64,000 nt of DNA from Thermoplasmata archaeon (lineage in GTDB: Archaea > Thermoplasmatota > Thermoplasmata > Thermoplasmatales > GCA-001856825). Each line of letters begins with the position of its first letter. The first letter of the stretch is position 1. The stretch spans positions 14,444-78,443 of the forward strand of contig JBMFTY010000001.1 in assembly GCA_049966795.1 (NCBI GenBank). The letters run 5' to 3'. Positions 1 through 8,875 of this stretch are shown here, piece after piece. Made by a program: the position numbers and the translations under genes. Under the pieces are notes generated by a model. That model was not told the origin of the DNA. It did no database searches and saw only the letters and a list, made by a program, of their open reading frames with translations.

Positions 1-298
1 GGAATCTCTTCCAGAGATGATAGCCCTGATACGCAAAGCTCGAATAGAGGGACCTGTCTGAAACGATGTTGATCCCCTCTGGCACCCTCCTCAGCATATC
101 TGCCCTGTCTGCCATGAACAGGAAGAAATCCGAAACTGGGTCCCATTCCCTTGACCTTATTATTGTTCCTATCTCGCCCGAGGAAGGCTCCTGAATCATG
201 AGAAAGTTGAACCTTTCCGCTACGTGCCTTGCCACGTACGTCTTCCCTGTCCCGTCTATGCCTTCTATCGCAAGGTAAATCCTAGAAGAAGGAATCAA
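1..298 (-). CDS. tmk: Thymidylate kinase, 5' portion (gene runs off the window start; start codon uncertain, possibly TTG at 298)
   Basis: My minus-strand translation reads IYLAIEGIDGTGKTYVARH...FMADRADML...VSDRSLYSSFAYQG. This has the P-loop and the DR(Y/S)xxS..YQG motifs typical of Tmk. It is not in the ORF track because it is truncated by the window edge. Confidence 0.75.
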   Translation of the reverse strand, partial: MIPSSRIYLAIEGIDGTGKTYVARHVAERFNFLMIQEPSSGEIGTIIRSREWDPVSDFFLFMADRADMLRRVPEGINIVSDRSLYSSFAYQGYHLWKRF

Positions 299-1292
299 TG
301 CTCCTCTGCACTCCCTGCCTGCGTGCTTCCCTGACCCTGGAAAGCGCCGAAATCACCCTCTCACGGGAGAAATCATGCGTATCAACAAGAATCTCAACAA
401 CCCTCTGCTCCCTGAACTCCGGAACCTTTATCTGTTCCTCATCCCTCACATCAGGGTTGATGAAAATTTCCCTTATCTCCTCGTAGTTCTCGATCTTTAT
501 CGAAGGTATCTTCTCTATGGAACCGTACCTCTTGACGAGCTGGTATGCCTTCTTGGGTCCTATCCCCCTTATCCCGTCGTTGAAATCAGTCCCTACGAGA
601 ATTCCTATGTCCACCAGCTGCTCCCTCGTTATGCTGAGCTTCCTGAGGACTTCGTCCGTTTCAATCATCTCAGGCTTGACCTCAACAACCCTTCCCGTCT
701 TGCCGTATCTCCTTTTCCCTGTGATTGTCAGGTTCCTTATGAGCCTCGGGGAACCGAAGAGAAGGGAGTCGTAATCCTGCGAAACGGCTGAGTAAACCAT
801 GCCTGTCTTGCAGAGGTGGGAAGCCTCGGCCTCCCCTTCCGAAGGTGCCTCAATGACAGGGATTCCCATAGCGGCAAGAAGCTCCTTCGATTCCGAAACC
901 ATCTCGGCTGTGAGCCTAGAGGTCCTTGAAGCGTAGCTCTTTGCCTTCTCGTAGTCGCCCATGGCGAGGGAGAGCCTGTATTCTTCCTCCGCCTTTTCCT
1001 TCAGAGCTATCCTCTCCTTTATCGTCTTTTCCTTCAGGGCGGGAGGCTTACCGTCAAATACATACACTGGAATCACTCCGTTTTCCAGGAGATTCACATT
1101 CCTATAGAACAGGCCTGAGAGGTGGGATGTGATGCTCCCTTTCCTGTCCTTCAGGGGGGACCCGTCATACTCCCTTATGTTGCTTAGGAATTGATATATG
1201 ACGTTGAAAGCATCTACCGCCACCATTCTCCCCTTCAAGCTCTTGATATCTATCTCCCTGCTCTCGACGAGCGAGGAAATGTCTACACCCAT
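282..1292 (-). CDS. fen: Flap endonuclease 1 (FEN-1)
   Basis: 336 aa. The N-terminus MGVDISSLV...VAVDAFNVIYQFL and the FDGKPPxLK motif mark the XPG N/I nuclease family. Confidence 0.95.
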   Translation of the reverse strand: MGVDISSLVESREIDIKSLKGRMVAVDAFNVIYQFLSNIREYDGSPLKDRKGSITSHLSGLFYRNVNLLENGVIPVYVFDGKPPALKEKTIKERIALKEKAEEEYRLSLAMGDYEKAKSYASRTSRLTAEMVSESKELLAAMGIPVIEAPSEGEAEASHLCKTGMVYSAVSQDYDSLLFGSPRLIRNLTITGKRRYGKTGRVVEVKPEMIETDEVLRKLSITREQLVDIGILVGTDFNDGIRGIGPKKAYQLVKRYGSIEKIPSIKIENYEEIREIFINPDVRDEEQIKVPEFREQRVVEILVDTHDFSRERVISALSRVREARRQGVQRSIDSFF

Positions 1293-1324
1293 TGTGAACT
1301 ATTAAGAGAAATGGAGTATATAAC

Positions 1325-1993
1325 CTATTCAATCCCTTTCTCCGTTATCCTGAACCTACACCTTATGCCCTCCGGCAGGCTCCTGTGTTTTACTACCACA
1401 AGCTCCCTTATCCCCCCTCCCATCTTCTCTATCTTGAATATGGCTTTCGCCATATGCGAGAGCGCGCTTCCTCCCACCGGCCTAACCTCGTTCGTTGTCT
1501 TTTCTGAGTAAACCTGGTTCACCATAAGAACTGGTATATCCAGAAAAGCGGCAACGTTGGAAAGCATTTCGACCTGCGTCAGCAGAGTGTTAGACGTTTT
1601 CTTCCGAAGCTCAGTCCTTATCTCCCTCTCCACCCGATAGTGCGCTGTTATCGTGTCAATTATGATTAAAACCACATCCTTCATTGATTGGGCAAGGTTC
1701 AGTATCCTGGGAACGGATTCCAGCTGTTCCTCATAGCTTCGGATCCTGAAAAATTTTACATTAGCCGGAACAGTCCCAGGTCCGGTCATCTGTGCCATCC
1801 TGTCAGCGGAGACACCCTCAGTATCAAGATAAATGACCTTCCCTAGACTTGAATTCCTTAGGGCCGTGAAGAGGGCTAGATTTGTCTTTCCGCAACCGGG
1901 TTCCCCGTATATCTCGGATATGATCCCGCTTTCAAATCCACCCTGAAGGAAGTCGTCAAGAACGGTTGAACCAGTGGAAACCTTGCCGCTCAT
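1325..1993 (-). CDS. radB: DNA repair/recombination protein RadB
   Basis: 222 aa short RecA/RadA paralogue with Walker A GEPGCGKTN and N-terminus STGSTVLDDFLQGG. Its ATG overlaps the upstream gene's stop (ATGA). Confidence 0.85.
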   Translation of the reverse strand: MSGKVSTGSTVLDDFLQGGFESGIISEIYGEPGCGKTNLALFTALRNSSLGKVIYLDTEGVSADRMAQMTGPGTVPANVKFFRIRSYEEQLESVPRILNLAQSMKDVVLIIIDTITAHYRVEREIRTELRKKTSNTLLTQVEMLSNVAAFLDIPVLMVNQVYSEKTTNEVRPVGGSALSHMAKAIFKIEKMGGGIRELVVVKHRSLPEGIRCRFRITEKGIE

Positions 1994-2607
1994 ATCAGTT
2001 CCCTGAGGACGCGGGCGAGCTCTCCAAGGTCGTTCCCCTTTATTACGAGGTCGACCCCGCTGACTTCCTTCTCTGAGTTGAAAAGGATGGAGTAGTCGGA
2101 GCTTCTGAACATGTCAACATCCCATTCAGAATCGCCGACGGAAATCTTGAAGCCTTCATATCTCTGCAGAATTTTTCCCTTGTCCCTGGGGTTCACGATG
2201 GCCTTTCCTCCTATCAACGTATCGCCGTTGAAAATCAACGCATTCGAGTATACCTCATCCAAGGGGAAAAAGGTTCTTACCTTTGACACTATGACATCCA
2301 CCCCTCCTGATACTGCAATCCTCTTTCCAGGGAAAACGGAGAGGAATTTCGACAGCTCCTGAAAATTCGGGTTGGGGTCCACGCTCTTCGCTATTTCGTG
2401 CATCTCCTCCTTCTTTATCACCCCCTTCTTTCTGAGCCAGAGGCCTACATCCCTGTCTATGAACTCCTGATAACTTATCTCTCCCCGCAGGAAGGCGTTG
2501 AGGGAGTTTTCGTTGTTCACCCCGAAGTACCTGTGGATGGTGCTCCAGCTGCTTTTCTGTCTGAGGAGGACCCCGTCCACATCAAACGCTATAACAGAAC
2601 TTTGCAT
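1990..2607 (-). CDS. HAD-superfamily hydrolase (phosphoserine-phosphatase-like)
   Basis: Carries the DxDG motif (AFDVDGVLL) and a C-terminal GDSxxD (VGDSEWDVD). I moved the start to the internal ATG at 2607 because the longer ORF runs into the 5S rRNA gene. Confidence 0.6.
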   Translation of the reverse strand: MQSSVIAFDVDGVLLRQKSSWSTIHRYFGVNNENSLNAFLRGEISYQEFIDRDVGLWLRKKGVIKKEEMHEIAKSVDPNPNFQELSKFLSVFPGKRIAVSGGVDVIVSKVRTFFPLDEVYSNALIFNGDTLIGGKAIVNPRDKGKILQRYEGFKISVGDSEWDVDMFRSSDYSILFNSEKEVSGVDLVIKGNDLGELARVLRELI

Positions 2608-2643
2608 TGCATCAAAATGCATTCTCCATATAAGAATATAGGT

Positions 2644-2766
2644 GGAGACGGCGAACCGCATTTCCCGTGCCCTCGCGGAACACAGTACGCGTGCGGAACG
2701 CGGACGGGCTTAACCTTCGGGTTCGGAATGAGACCGGGTGTTTCCCCGTCGCTATGGCCGTCAACC
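2644..2766 (-). rRNA. rrf: 5S ribosomal RNA (unlinked copy)
   Basis: The minus strand reads GGTTGACGGCCATAGCGACGGGGAAACACCCGGTCTCATTCCGAACCCGAAGGTTAAGCCCGTCCGCGTTCCGCACGCGTACTGTGTTCCGCGAGGGCACGGGAAATGCGGTTCGCCGTCTCC. This holds the canonical 5S blocks (CCATAGC, CCGAACCC, GTTAAGCC, GTACTG, GGGAA) and terminal helix GACGGC/GCCGTC. Ends are +/- a few nt. Confidence 0.85.
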
Positions 2767-2868
2767 GCCCCTTTATTCACAATCATTATTAATCATTTTC
2801 CATCGGTTTTCCTGCCTGAAAACTGCAAAGTGGGTAAATAGGACATCGCGATACTTGAAGGAACTGGA

Positions 2869-4020
2869 ATGAAAAGACTAGGCCTGATCGTGAATCCAGT
2901 TGCAGGCATGGGAGGTCCCATCGGTCTCAAGGGTACTGATGGACCGGATGTGCTAGAAAGTGCGATGAAGATGGGTGCGAAGCAATCATCTCCTGAAAAG
3001 GCTCTCAGGGCACTCAACAGGCTGAGGGAAATTGCAGGGGAGATGGAGATCGTAACCTGTTCCAGTGACATGGGCCAAAAAATTTCGGCGGAAGCGGGGC
3101 TAAATTACAAGGTTTTATGCACAGTCCCCGACGTTACCTCGAGGTCTGACACAATTCGCTGTGCGAAAAATATGAGGGAGGCGGGTGTTGATCTCCTGCT
3201 GTTTGTTGGTGGGGACGGCACGGCCAGAGACATATGCGAGGCCGTGGGGGAGAGCGTCACGGTTCTGGGAGTCCCGGCGGGGGTTAAGATGTACTCATCC
3301 TGCTTCGCAATCACCCCAGAGGCGGCAGGTGATCTAGCCCGTCTGTACCTGAAATCCAGAGTTTCTGAGACGCATTTGGCGGAGGTGCTTGACGTGGATG
3401 AGGAGATGTTCAGGAAAGGAACTCTCTCCACCAGACTTTACTGTTACCTGAGGGTGCCTTACGAGAGATCCTACTTACAGGGTTCTAAGGTTCCGACGCG
3501 GGGGGAAGGGGAAGTTGCCCAGCAGGAGGCCATAGCAGAGCAGGTTGTGGACAGCCTCCAGGAAGGCCACTGCTACATAGTGGGTCCAGGCACAACGGCG
3601 AAATCAATAGTGAGGATGCTTGGAATTGAATCCAATGTGCTCGGAATTGATATGATATGCAAAGATGGAGGAAAAGTGAAGTGCGTGGGAAAGGACATGA
3701 ACGAGCAGGCAATACTGGATGCAATCTCTAAGCTGGGCAGGGAAAGGATTCATCTTATCATAACCCCTCTCGGGGGCCAGGGATTTATCCTTGGTCGTGG
3801 AAATCAGCAGTTGAGTCCAAGGGTGATGGAGAATATAAGAAGAGAAAACATCATGATCGTCGCAACGCCTGAGAAAATAAGAACTCTGTCGTCAAAACAC
3901 CTCCTCATAGATACTGGTTCATTGCAGCTGGACAGAAGCCTAGAAGGTTACTACAGGGTTATCACCGGCTACCGCATGTTTTTCCTGCTGAGGGCAAAGA
4001 GCAGGCCATACGATTCCTGA
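2869..4020 (+). CDS. ATP-NAD kinase-like protein (COG3199-type)
   Basis: 383 aa with N-terminus LGLIVNPVAGMGG and a GGDGT motif (FVGGDGTARD). Confidence 0.6.
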   Translation: MKRLGLIVNPVAGMGGPIGLKGTDGPDVLESAMKMGAKQSSPEKALRALNRLREIAGEMEIVTCSSDMGQKISAEAGLNYKVLCTVPDVTSRSDTIRCAKNMREAGVDLLLFVGGDGTARDICEAVGESVTVLGVPAGVKMYSSCFAITPEAAGDLARLYLKSRVSETHLAEVLDVDEEMFRKGTLSTRLYCYLRVPYERSYLQGSKVPTRGEGEVAQQEAIAEQVVDSLQEGHCYIVGPGTTAKSIVRMLGIESNVLGIDMICKDGGKVKCVGKDMNEQAILDAISKLGRERIHLIITPLGGQGFILGRGNQQLSPRVMENIRRENIMIVATPEKIRTLSSKHLLIDTGSLQLDRSLEGYYRVITGYRMFFLLRAKSRPYDS

Positions 4021-4196
4021 ATCCCCCTGGCGCGGGCGAAAAATCATTTTGGTTCACGTGCCATTGCGTTTTTGGGATGAATAGGCAGATTTGGCATCTG
4101 CATCCCTTGCACGTTACTTTCATTCCTGATGAGCCCCTGCCGAAAGCATCGGCGAGGAAGAACAATTATATGCCATCCTGATTACGTCATGGATAT

Positions 4197-5534
4197 ATGA
4201 GGCTCAGCTATTATGCTGGCACCATAATGGTGGACGATCCGGAAAGGATCCCGGATTACCTGATTCTTGACAGAAGGAGTAATTCCTACAGGACGGAGGG
4301 GTATCTCTACGCAAGGTTGAAGGCAGATTTTCCCGAGGCCGAAGACCTCGTCTTCTCCAGCACCGGGATGAAGCTTAGCCACAAGGAAAATCTAAGATCT
4401 TATCAGAAGAAGGCGGTGGACGTGTGGGCCTCAAACTCCTATTCAGGGGTCGTGGTGCTTCCAACTGCAGCCGGCAAGACGCACATAGGCATAGAAGCTA
4501 TTTCACGCCTTTCTACGACCACCCTTGTTGTTGCACCAACAATAGAACTGGTTCAGCAATGGAGGGAAAAGCTACAGAATGTTTTTGGCATTGCAGTTGG
4601 TCAAATAGGTGGAGGGGAGAGGGATATCAAGGACCTTTCCGTCGCCACTTATGACAGCGCCTATCTGATGGCTGAGACCTTGGGGAACAGGTTCAAGTTC
4701 CTGCTCGTGGATGAGGTGCATCACCTCGCTGCAGAGAGGTTTGTTGAGATAGCAAGGATGTTCGCGTCTCCATACCGTCTTGGCCTCACGGCAACGTACG
4801 AAAGGACAGACATGCTTCATGAGAGGCTGAAGGAGTTCATGGGTGGCAAGATATTTGAGCTGGGTTACGAGGAGCTAACGGAATATCTGGCGGATTATGA
4901 GATCATCAGAATACCTGTGGAACTTGAGCAGGATGAGGAGGAGGAATACGAGCGAAACAGGAGAATATTCCTCTCGTATCTCAGGAAGCACAGAATGAGG
5001 ATGAGGGGGCCTTGGGACTTCGAGCGTTTCATCCTCTCCTCGTGGAATCCCGAAGGGAGGGAAGCGCTAATAGCTTGGAGAAAGGCAAGGAGCATAGCGT
5101 TCAGCTCAAGGGCTAAGGTTGACACGGTTCGCTACGTCCTCTCCAGACACAGGGGTCAGAAGGCGATAATATTCTCGGAGGATACTGAAACTGCCTATCT
5201 GATCTCCAAGGAATTTCTTGTTCCGTGCATCACCTATCTCACTCCTGGACCAGAGAGAAAAGAATATCTCCAGATGTTCAGGAAAGGAGAAGTCAGTGCG
5301 ATAGCAACCTCCAGGGTTCTGGATGAAGGGGTGGACGTGCCGGATGCATCTGTTGGAATTGTTCTCAGCGGCTCCGGCTCAACGAGGCAGTTCAGGCAGA
5401 GGCTTGGAAGGCTTCTCCGTCCGTCCGAGGGCAAGAAGGCCACGCTCTACGAAATAGTTGCCACAGGGACGAGTGAGTTTGCAACCTCAAGGAGGAGGAG
5501 AAAGGGTGTTCCCGATACAGCTGATGGCAGTTAG
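4197..5534 (+). CDS. xpb: XPB/Rad25-type SF2 DNA helicase
   Basis: 445 aa with Walker A PTAAGKTH, DEVH box (LLVDEVHHL) and helicase C motifs (TSRVLDEGVDVP, RQRLGRLLR). It is paired with a Bax1-like gene. Confidence 0.85.
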   Translation: MRLSYYAGTIMVDDPERIPDYLILDRRSNSYRTEGYLYARLKADFPEAEDLVFSSTGMKLSHKENLRSYQKKAVDVWASNSYSGVVVLPTAAGKTHIGIEAISRLSTTTLVVAPTIELVQQWREKLQNVFGIAVGQIGGGERDIKDLSVATYDSAYLMAETLGNRFKFLLVDEVHHLAAERFVEIARMFASPYRLGLTATYERTDMLHERLKEFMGGKIFELGYEELTEYLADYEIIRIPVELEQDEEEEYERNRRIFLSYLRKHRMRMRGPWDFERFILSSWNPEGREALIAWRKARSIAFSSRAKVDTVRYVLSRHRGQKAIIFSEDTETAYLISKEFLVPCITYLTPGPERKEYLQMFRKGEVSAIATSRVLDEGVDVPDASVGIVLSGSGSTRQFRQRLGRLLRPSEGKKATLYEIVATGTSEFATSRRRRKGVPDTADGS

Positions 5535-6849
5535 GAGGAGCAACAAGGGAATACTCAGACCGGTATTTCTGGGAGAGGAGAACAGTGACTATTGTTCTTC
5601 AGTAATAACGCTCTTCTCACGAAGCATCGGTAAGACACGGGGGGAGATAGAGGATGAGCTGAAGAACCTAGAGCTGAAGGTGCAGAATCCAAAGATTCTC
5701 AAAGGCCTTGCGCTTGTGATGTTCAGGCTCTCAAAGTTCGTAAGGGCGTCGCAACTTGATTCCGAGAGAGTGAGGAAGACAGTGTTCTCTATAGCCAGGA
5801 ATCCAGCAGTGAGTCCCGAGGAAAGAAGGAGCGTGATTGAGAGGGCAGCGATGCTTCTGGTCACGGAGCCGCAGGAGATAGAAGGGGCCCTATATGGAGA
5901 CATGGAGAGAAACCTTATCCTTGCTTCTCCCGCAAGCCTGACCGCGGACAAGCTCTCAAAGATGTTCAACATGGAGCAGATAGAAACAGTCATGATGAAG
6001 GCCCTCTGGGTCGAAGTCTCCACGGAAGGGCGCAAGAATGAGCTGGTCAGGAGCCTGAGATCCAAGGGCCTGATGTACAGTGAAAGGAGCGAGGGAAGCA
6101 AACACAAACTAAAGGTAGACGGTCCGGTTTCAATATTTGAGAAGAGCGAAAGATATGGCGTCAGGCTTGCCCTTTTCATCAGGGATGTTGTAAGGAGGGA
6201 CGACTGGGAGATCACAGCTCTCGTCTCGCTAAAAGACGGAAAGAGGAAAAGGGAGTTCATCTATCACATAGATGATTCCATATCTGATATCATCGACAGG
6301 GATGAAGGGCGGGAAGAAAAGCCCCCGGACTTTGTGAATCCCTATCCGAAGGAAATAGAAGTGGATGGAAGCGTGGTCACACCTGACTTCTCCATCGATC
6401 TGGACGGAGAGGTGTATATCTTCATATCGACGCAGAAGCAATATGAAAGCGATGCCTCCCTTGTCAGAAAAGCGGTGAGCTCAGGATACAGGGCGGAGAC
6501 CTTTTGTCTGATAGCGGATGGGGAAAAGTGTCCGCGGGGGGCAATCTGCTTTAAGGACAGGATTGACTGGTGGAGGATAAGGGAATATCTGGGTGAGAAA
6601 TACAGGACGAGAGGGGAATCAGGGAGCACCTCCGCAATAGGCGACAGGAATCTCAACCTCTCCGATTCAAAGCTAAACAGCCGGGTGGTTTCCCACCTTA
6701 ATGCGTTGTATCCAGATGGGCAAGCCATGGTTGAGTACCTTGAATTCATGGGGCTTCCGCTGGAAGCGACCCTCAATCTCGCGGGCTTCACCACAGCGTG
6801 GAAAGGTCTCAGACTTGTTGTCACCGGGAAGATGAAGGATCAGCGGTGA
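5524..6849 (+). CDS. bax1: Bax1-like nuclease (DUF790), XPB partner
   Basis: Sits immediately downstream of XPB. ATG 5524 overlaps the XPB stop by 11 nt (ATGGCAGTTAG). Size and position fit archaeal Bax1, but I did not verify the family motif by motif. Confidence 0.7.
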   Translation: MAVRRSNKGILRPVFLGEENSDYCSSVITLFSRSIGKTRGEIEDELKNLELKVQNPKILKGLALVMFRLSKFVRASQLDSERVRKTVFSIARNPAVSPEERRSVIERAAMLLVTEPQEIEGALYGDMERNLILASPASLTADKLSKMFNMEQIETVMMKALWVEVSTEGRKNELVRSLRSKGLMYSERSEGSKHKLKVDGPVSIFEKSERYGVRLALFIRDVVRRDDWEITALVSLKDGKRKREFIYHIDDSISDIIDRDEGREEKPPDFVNPYPKEIEVDGSVVTPDFSIDLDGEVYIFISTQKQYESDASLVRKAVSSGYRAETFCLIADGEKCPRGAICFKDRIDWWRIREYLGEKYRTRGESGSTSAIGDRNLNLSDSKLNSRVVSHLNALYPDGQAMVEYLEFMGLPLEATLNLAGFTTAWKGLRLVVTGKMKDQR

Positions 6850-7031
6850 CTCTCTAAGTCTGTGCTTTCAAAGAAAGCTAGGCAATTCTTTCCGAGCTGA
6901 AAGATAACATTAAGGCCAGGCACGGATAGCTGCGGCAGAACAGATGAATGAGGAAAAGCGGATCAAACCACTAGGCCAAAACACAAAACAAAAGCTGCAC
7001 GGAAATAAAATCGAGAGCTCAGAGTAATTTT

Positions 7032-7055
7032 GGAAACAAAAATTCGTTTGTTTCC
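7032..7055. terminator. Perfect 9-bp hairpin between convergent genes
   Basis: GGAAACAAA-aattcg-TTTGTTTCC lies between the Bax1 stop (6849) and the TusA-like stop (7201), with T-runs nearby. Confidence 0.35.
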
Positions 7056-7200
7056 TGTGTTAACTGAAGTTCCCTTGAACCGATATGGAAAGGAGGCATG
7101 AGGGTCGTTGGATTATGGAGGTCGCATCGGACCTTCTTCCTTTTGGTTAAAGATAATGAAGGGGAAGTCGTGTATCAATGGCTTCTGCGCCGTTCTACTC

Positions 7201-7428
7201 TCATCTCTTCTTTATTTTTATTTTGGCTACGATCACTCCATTGTCCTCTTTCATTTCCAGTATTTCATTTCCCGTCTTTGCAGCCCAGGCTTGAGTGTCC
7301 TTTCTCATTGCCTTATCCTTATCGGTGAACCAGAGCTCTATAACATCGCCCGTTTTGCAGTGCCTGTAAGCGTTTGAAAGATATGTTATCGATGCACAGG
7401 TTGCTACCCTACTATCCACCACCCTCAA
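7201..7428 (-). CDS. TusA/SirA-like small protein with a non-canonical active-site motif
   Basis: 75 aa with a TTG start. It has DSRVATCASI where TusA has DxRGxxCPxP: the Cys is kept and both Pro are lost. The overall size and alternating pattern look TusA-like. Confidence 0.45.
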   Translation of the reverse strand: MRVVDSRVATCASITYLSNAYRHCKTGDVIELWFTDKDKAMRKDTQAWAAKTGNEILEMKEDNGVIVAKIKIKKR

Positions 7429-7654
7429 CGTTTGCGCTTACATCACCTCCAGGGAGCCTTTGATTCCCTATTTATTATAATATTATTAGAGAAAAGGTGT
7501 ATCGCGTATGACTTAGTACCATACCTGTGAGGCACGAATGCATGCGTATACAAACAAAAAGGCTCCAATGATAATTAAACAGTAAACTATCATTCAATAT
7601 TCCTGTGGACTATTTGGTCATTGCCAATAAAATACCCTCACCTGTAAGTGGCAA

Positions 7655-8317
7655 TTGCTTAATCAACATGAAAAATCACGAATCACGGCAAGACCGGAAA
7701 ATAGGAAGCTTACGCGCGGACAGGTTGAGGTAACCGTGGAGGTTGAAAGGCAGAAATGTTTCATAGATGAAACTCTCTTCAGCAAGTGTTGTTCCATCGA
7801 ATGTCTCTCTCTTGGGCCGGATAGAACAATTCATAAGGTGGTCTGCAAGGAAGGCCAGGAGGAGTGCGTTAGAAAGCTTCTCGCGGGCAAAGACCTGAAA
7901 TTCAAAAGGGCCGGGAAAAATGTATTCTGGGTGGAGTCAGACAGTTGCGTTTCCTGCGCCTTTTTTGCAAGGTCTTTCTCAAATGTTATGGGGTCCATAC
8001 TTCAGGACAAGAACAAGCTTCAGTACAAGGTGCTGTTACCCTCAATCAGGGGGCTGAAGGACCTCAAGGAGGGAATGGAAAACGCAGGACTGAAGTACGA
8101 GATAGCAGAAATAAGGTCATACATGCATCAGGAGCTCACGGATAGGGAGCGTGAAGTGCTGCGGAAGGCACTCCAATATGGATATTTCAAGGAGTCCTCA
8201 AGAACTTCCCTCACGAGCCTGGCCGAAATCATCGGAATATCACCATCATCCCTCTCAGCCATACTGAGGAGGAGTCTCAGAAAGGTCGTAAATTTCTATT
8301 TCGATCACAAACCCTGA
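7655..8317 (+). CDS. HTH_10 (bacterio-opsin-activator type) transcription regulator with a Cys-rich N-terminal region
   Basis: The C-terminus LTDREREVLRKALQYGYF...SLTSLAEIIGISPSSLSAILRR is a typical HTH_10. Nine Cys lie in the first ~110 aa. The start is uncertain (TTG 7655; no in-frame ATG nearby). Confidence 0.6.
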   Translation: MLNQHEKSRITARPENRKLTRGQVEVTVEVERQKCFIDETLFSKCCSIECLSLGPDRTIHKVVCKEGQEECVRKLLAGKDLKFKRAGKNVFWVESDSCVSCAFFARSFSNVMGSILQDKNKLQYKVLLPSIRGLKDLKEGMENAGLKYEIAEIRSYMHQELTDREREVLRKALQYGYFKESSRTSLTSLAEIIGISPSSLSAILRRSLRKVVNFYFDHKP

Positions 8318-8324
8318 TTGCCGT

Positions 8325-8338
8325 CCCGGAGTTCCGGG
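8325..8338 (+). terminator. Short GC hairpin just after the regulator stop codon
   Basis: CCCGG-agtt-CCGGG begins 8 nt after the TGA at 8315-8317. Confidence 0.3.
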
Positions 8339-8664
8339 GATAACTGCGCAACATCCCAAAAAAAGGATCATTAATTGGAGGTGTCCCGTCTCCGAAAATA
8401 GGCGTTGCGAGCGCTTACCCGCGGGACAGATGAGTCTAGGCCGTCTGAAGGATTTCACGTTGGAACGCAACTCTTCACGTTAAAAGAATGGTAAATGCGG
8501 GGGGCTGGAGAGATCGCCTGACCTTGTGATCTGCGGGTGCGAAAGGAAAAAAGGGGAGCCTTTTGGCGAAGGTGGAGCAATCCGAGACGTAGCTCCTTTT
8601 CCCATCAGCGTTCACCGGGCCAGTACCCTTCAGGGAATCCCTTGAATAATGGCATCCATCTCCC

Positions 8665-8694
8665 CACATTTCCTTCGAATTTTTCGGAAATGTG
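8665..8694. promoter_or_regulatory. 9-bp perfect inverted repeat in the operon leader
   Basis: CACATTTCC-(12 nt)-GGAAATGTG. It could be an operator or an RNA stem. Confidence 0.35.
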
Positions 8695-8706
8695 CAATTT
8701 GAAAGG
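8687..8706 (+). promoter_or_regulatory. Repeated motif copy A (GAAATGTGCAATTTGAAAGG)
   Basis: Shares GAAAT-NN-GCAATTT-S-AA(A)GG with copy B at 8857-8875. Confidence 0.3.
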
Positions 8707-8856
8707 GACTCAGTCCCACTCAGGAAAAGGGTACCCCTAATTTCATCTCAAAACCAATACTTAGAAAGCTACGAGAATAGCTCCCTCATTTACAGCGGAA
8801 ATTTTGTGGTGATTGCTGAAAAAAATACCTTACAGGTAAGGTACGTCGCTTTTGTA

Positions 8857-8875
8857 GAAATACGCAATTTCAAGG
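8857..8875 (+). promoter_or_regulatory. Repeated motif copy B (GAAATACGCAATTTCAAGG)
   Basis: Ends 12 nt upstream of the ATG of the DsrE-like gene. It is similar to copy A, 170 bp upstream. Confidence 0.3.

Noticed and set aside
4120-4182. CCTGATGAG...GAAAG upstream of xpb resembles a hammerhead core (CUGAUGA...GAAA). It also resembles a C/D-box sRNA, with a C box TGATGA at ~4127 and a D box CTGA at ~4177.
   Set aside because: The segment between CUGAUGA and GAAA (GCCCCTGCC) cannot form a stem II hairpin. For a C/D sRNA there are no convincing internal D'/C' boxes, the 47-nt spacing is off, and no terminal stem flanks the boxes. This is most likely chance within the xpb promoter and 5' region.
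5589-6260. There are long antisense ORFs opposite real genes. Examples are 5589..6260(-) opposite bax1, 38065..38856(+) opposite sufC, 17521..18081(+) opposite pfdA/ftsY, 22229..22732(+) opposite the thermosome, and 60231..60758(-) opposite the racemase-like gene.
   Set aside because: These have low-complexity, Ser/Leu/Pro/Arg-rich translations with no motifs. Each is fully shadowed by a strongly supported gene on the other strand, so they are typical shadow ORFs.
8480-8545. GGGGGCTGGAGAGATCGCCTGACCTTGTGATCTGCGGGTGCGAAAGG loosely resembles a TPP riboswitch (CUGAGA...ACCUGAUCUGG...GCG.AGGGA).
   Set aside because: The core motifs are interrupted by insertions (CTGGAGAGA rather than CTGAGA, CCTGACCTTGTGATC rather than ACCTGATC). 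The downstream genes are also unrelated to thiamine.
8555-8600. GGCGAAGGTGGAGCAATCC in the long leader resembles the SRP RNA helix-8 motif (CCGGAAGGGAGCAAC). The gap is about the length of an archaeal 7S RNA.
   Set aside because: The 5' strand lacks the complementary CAGG/GCC context, and the tetraloop-closing pairs do not form. I could find no Alu-domain or terminal-helix features on either strand. The region is kept only as an unexplained structured region.
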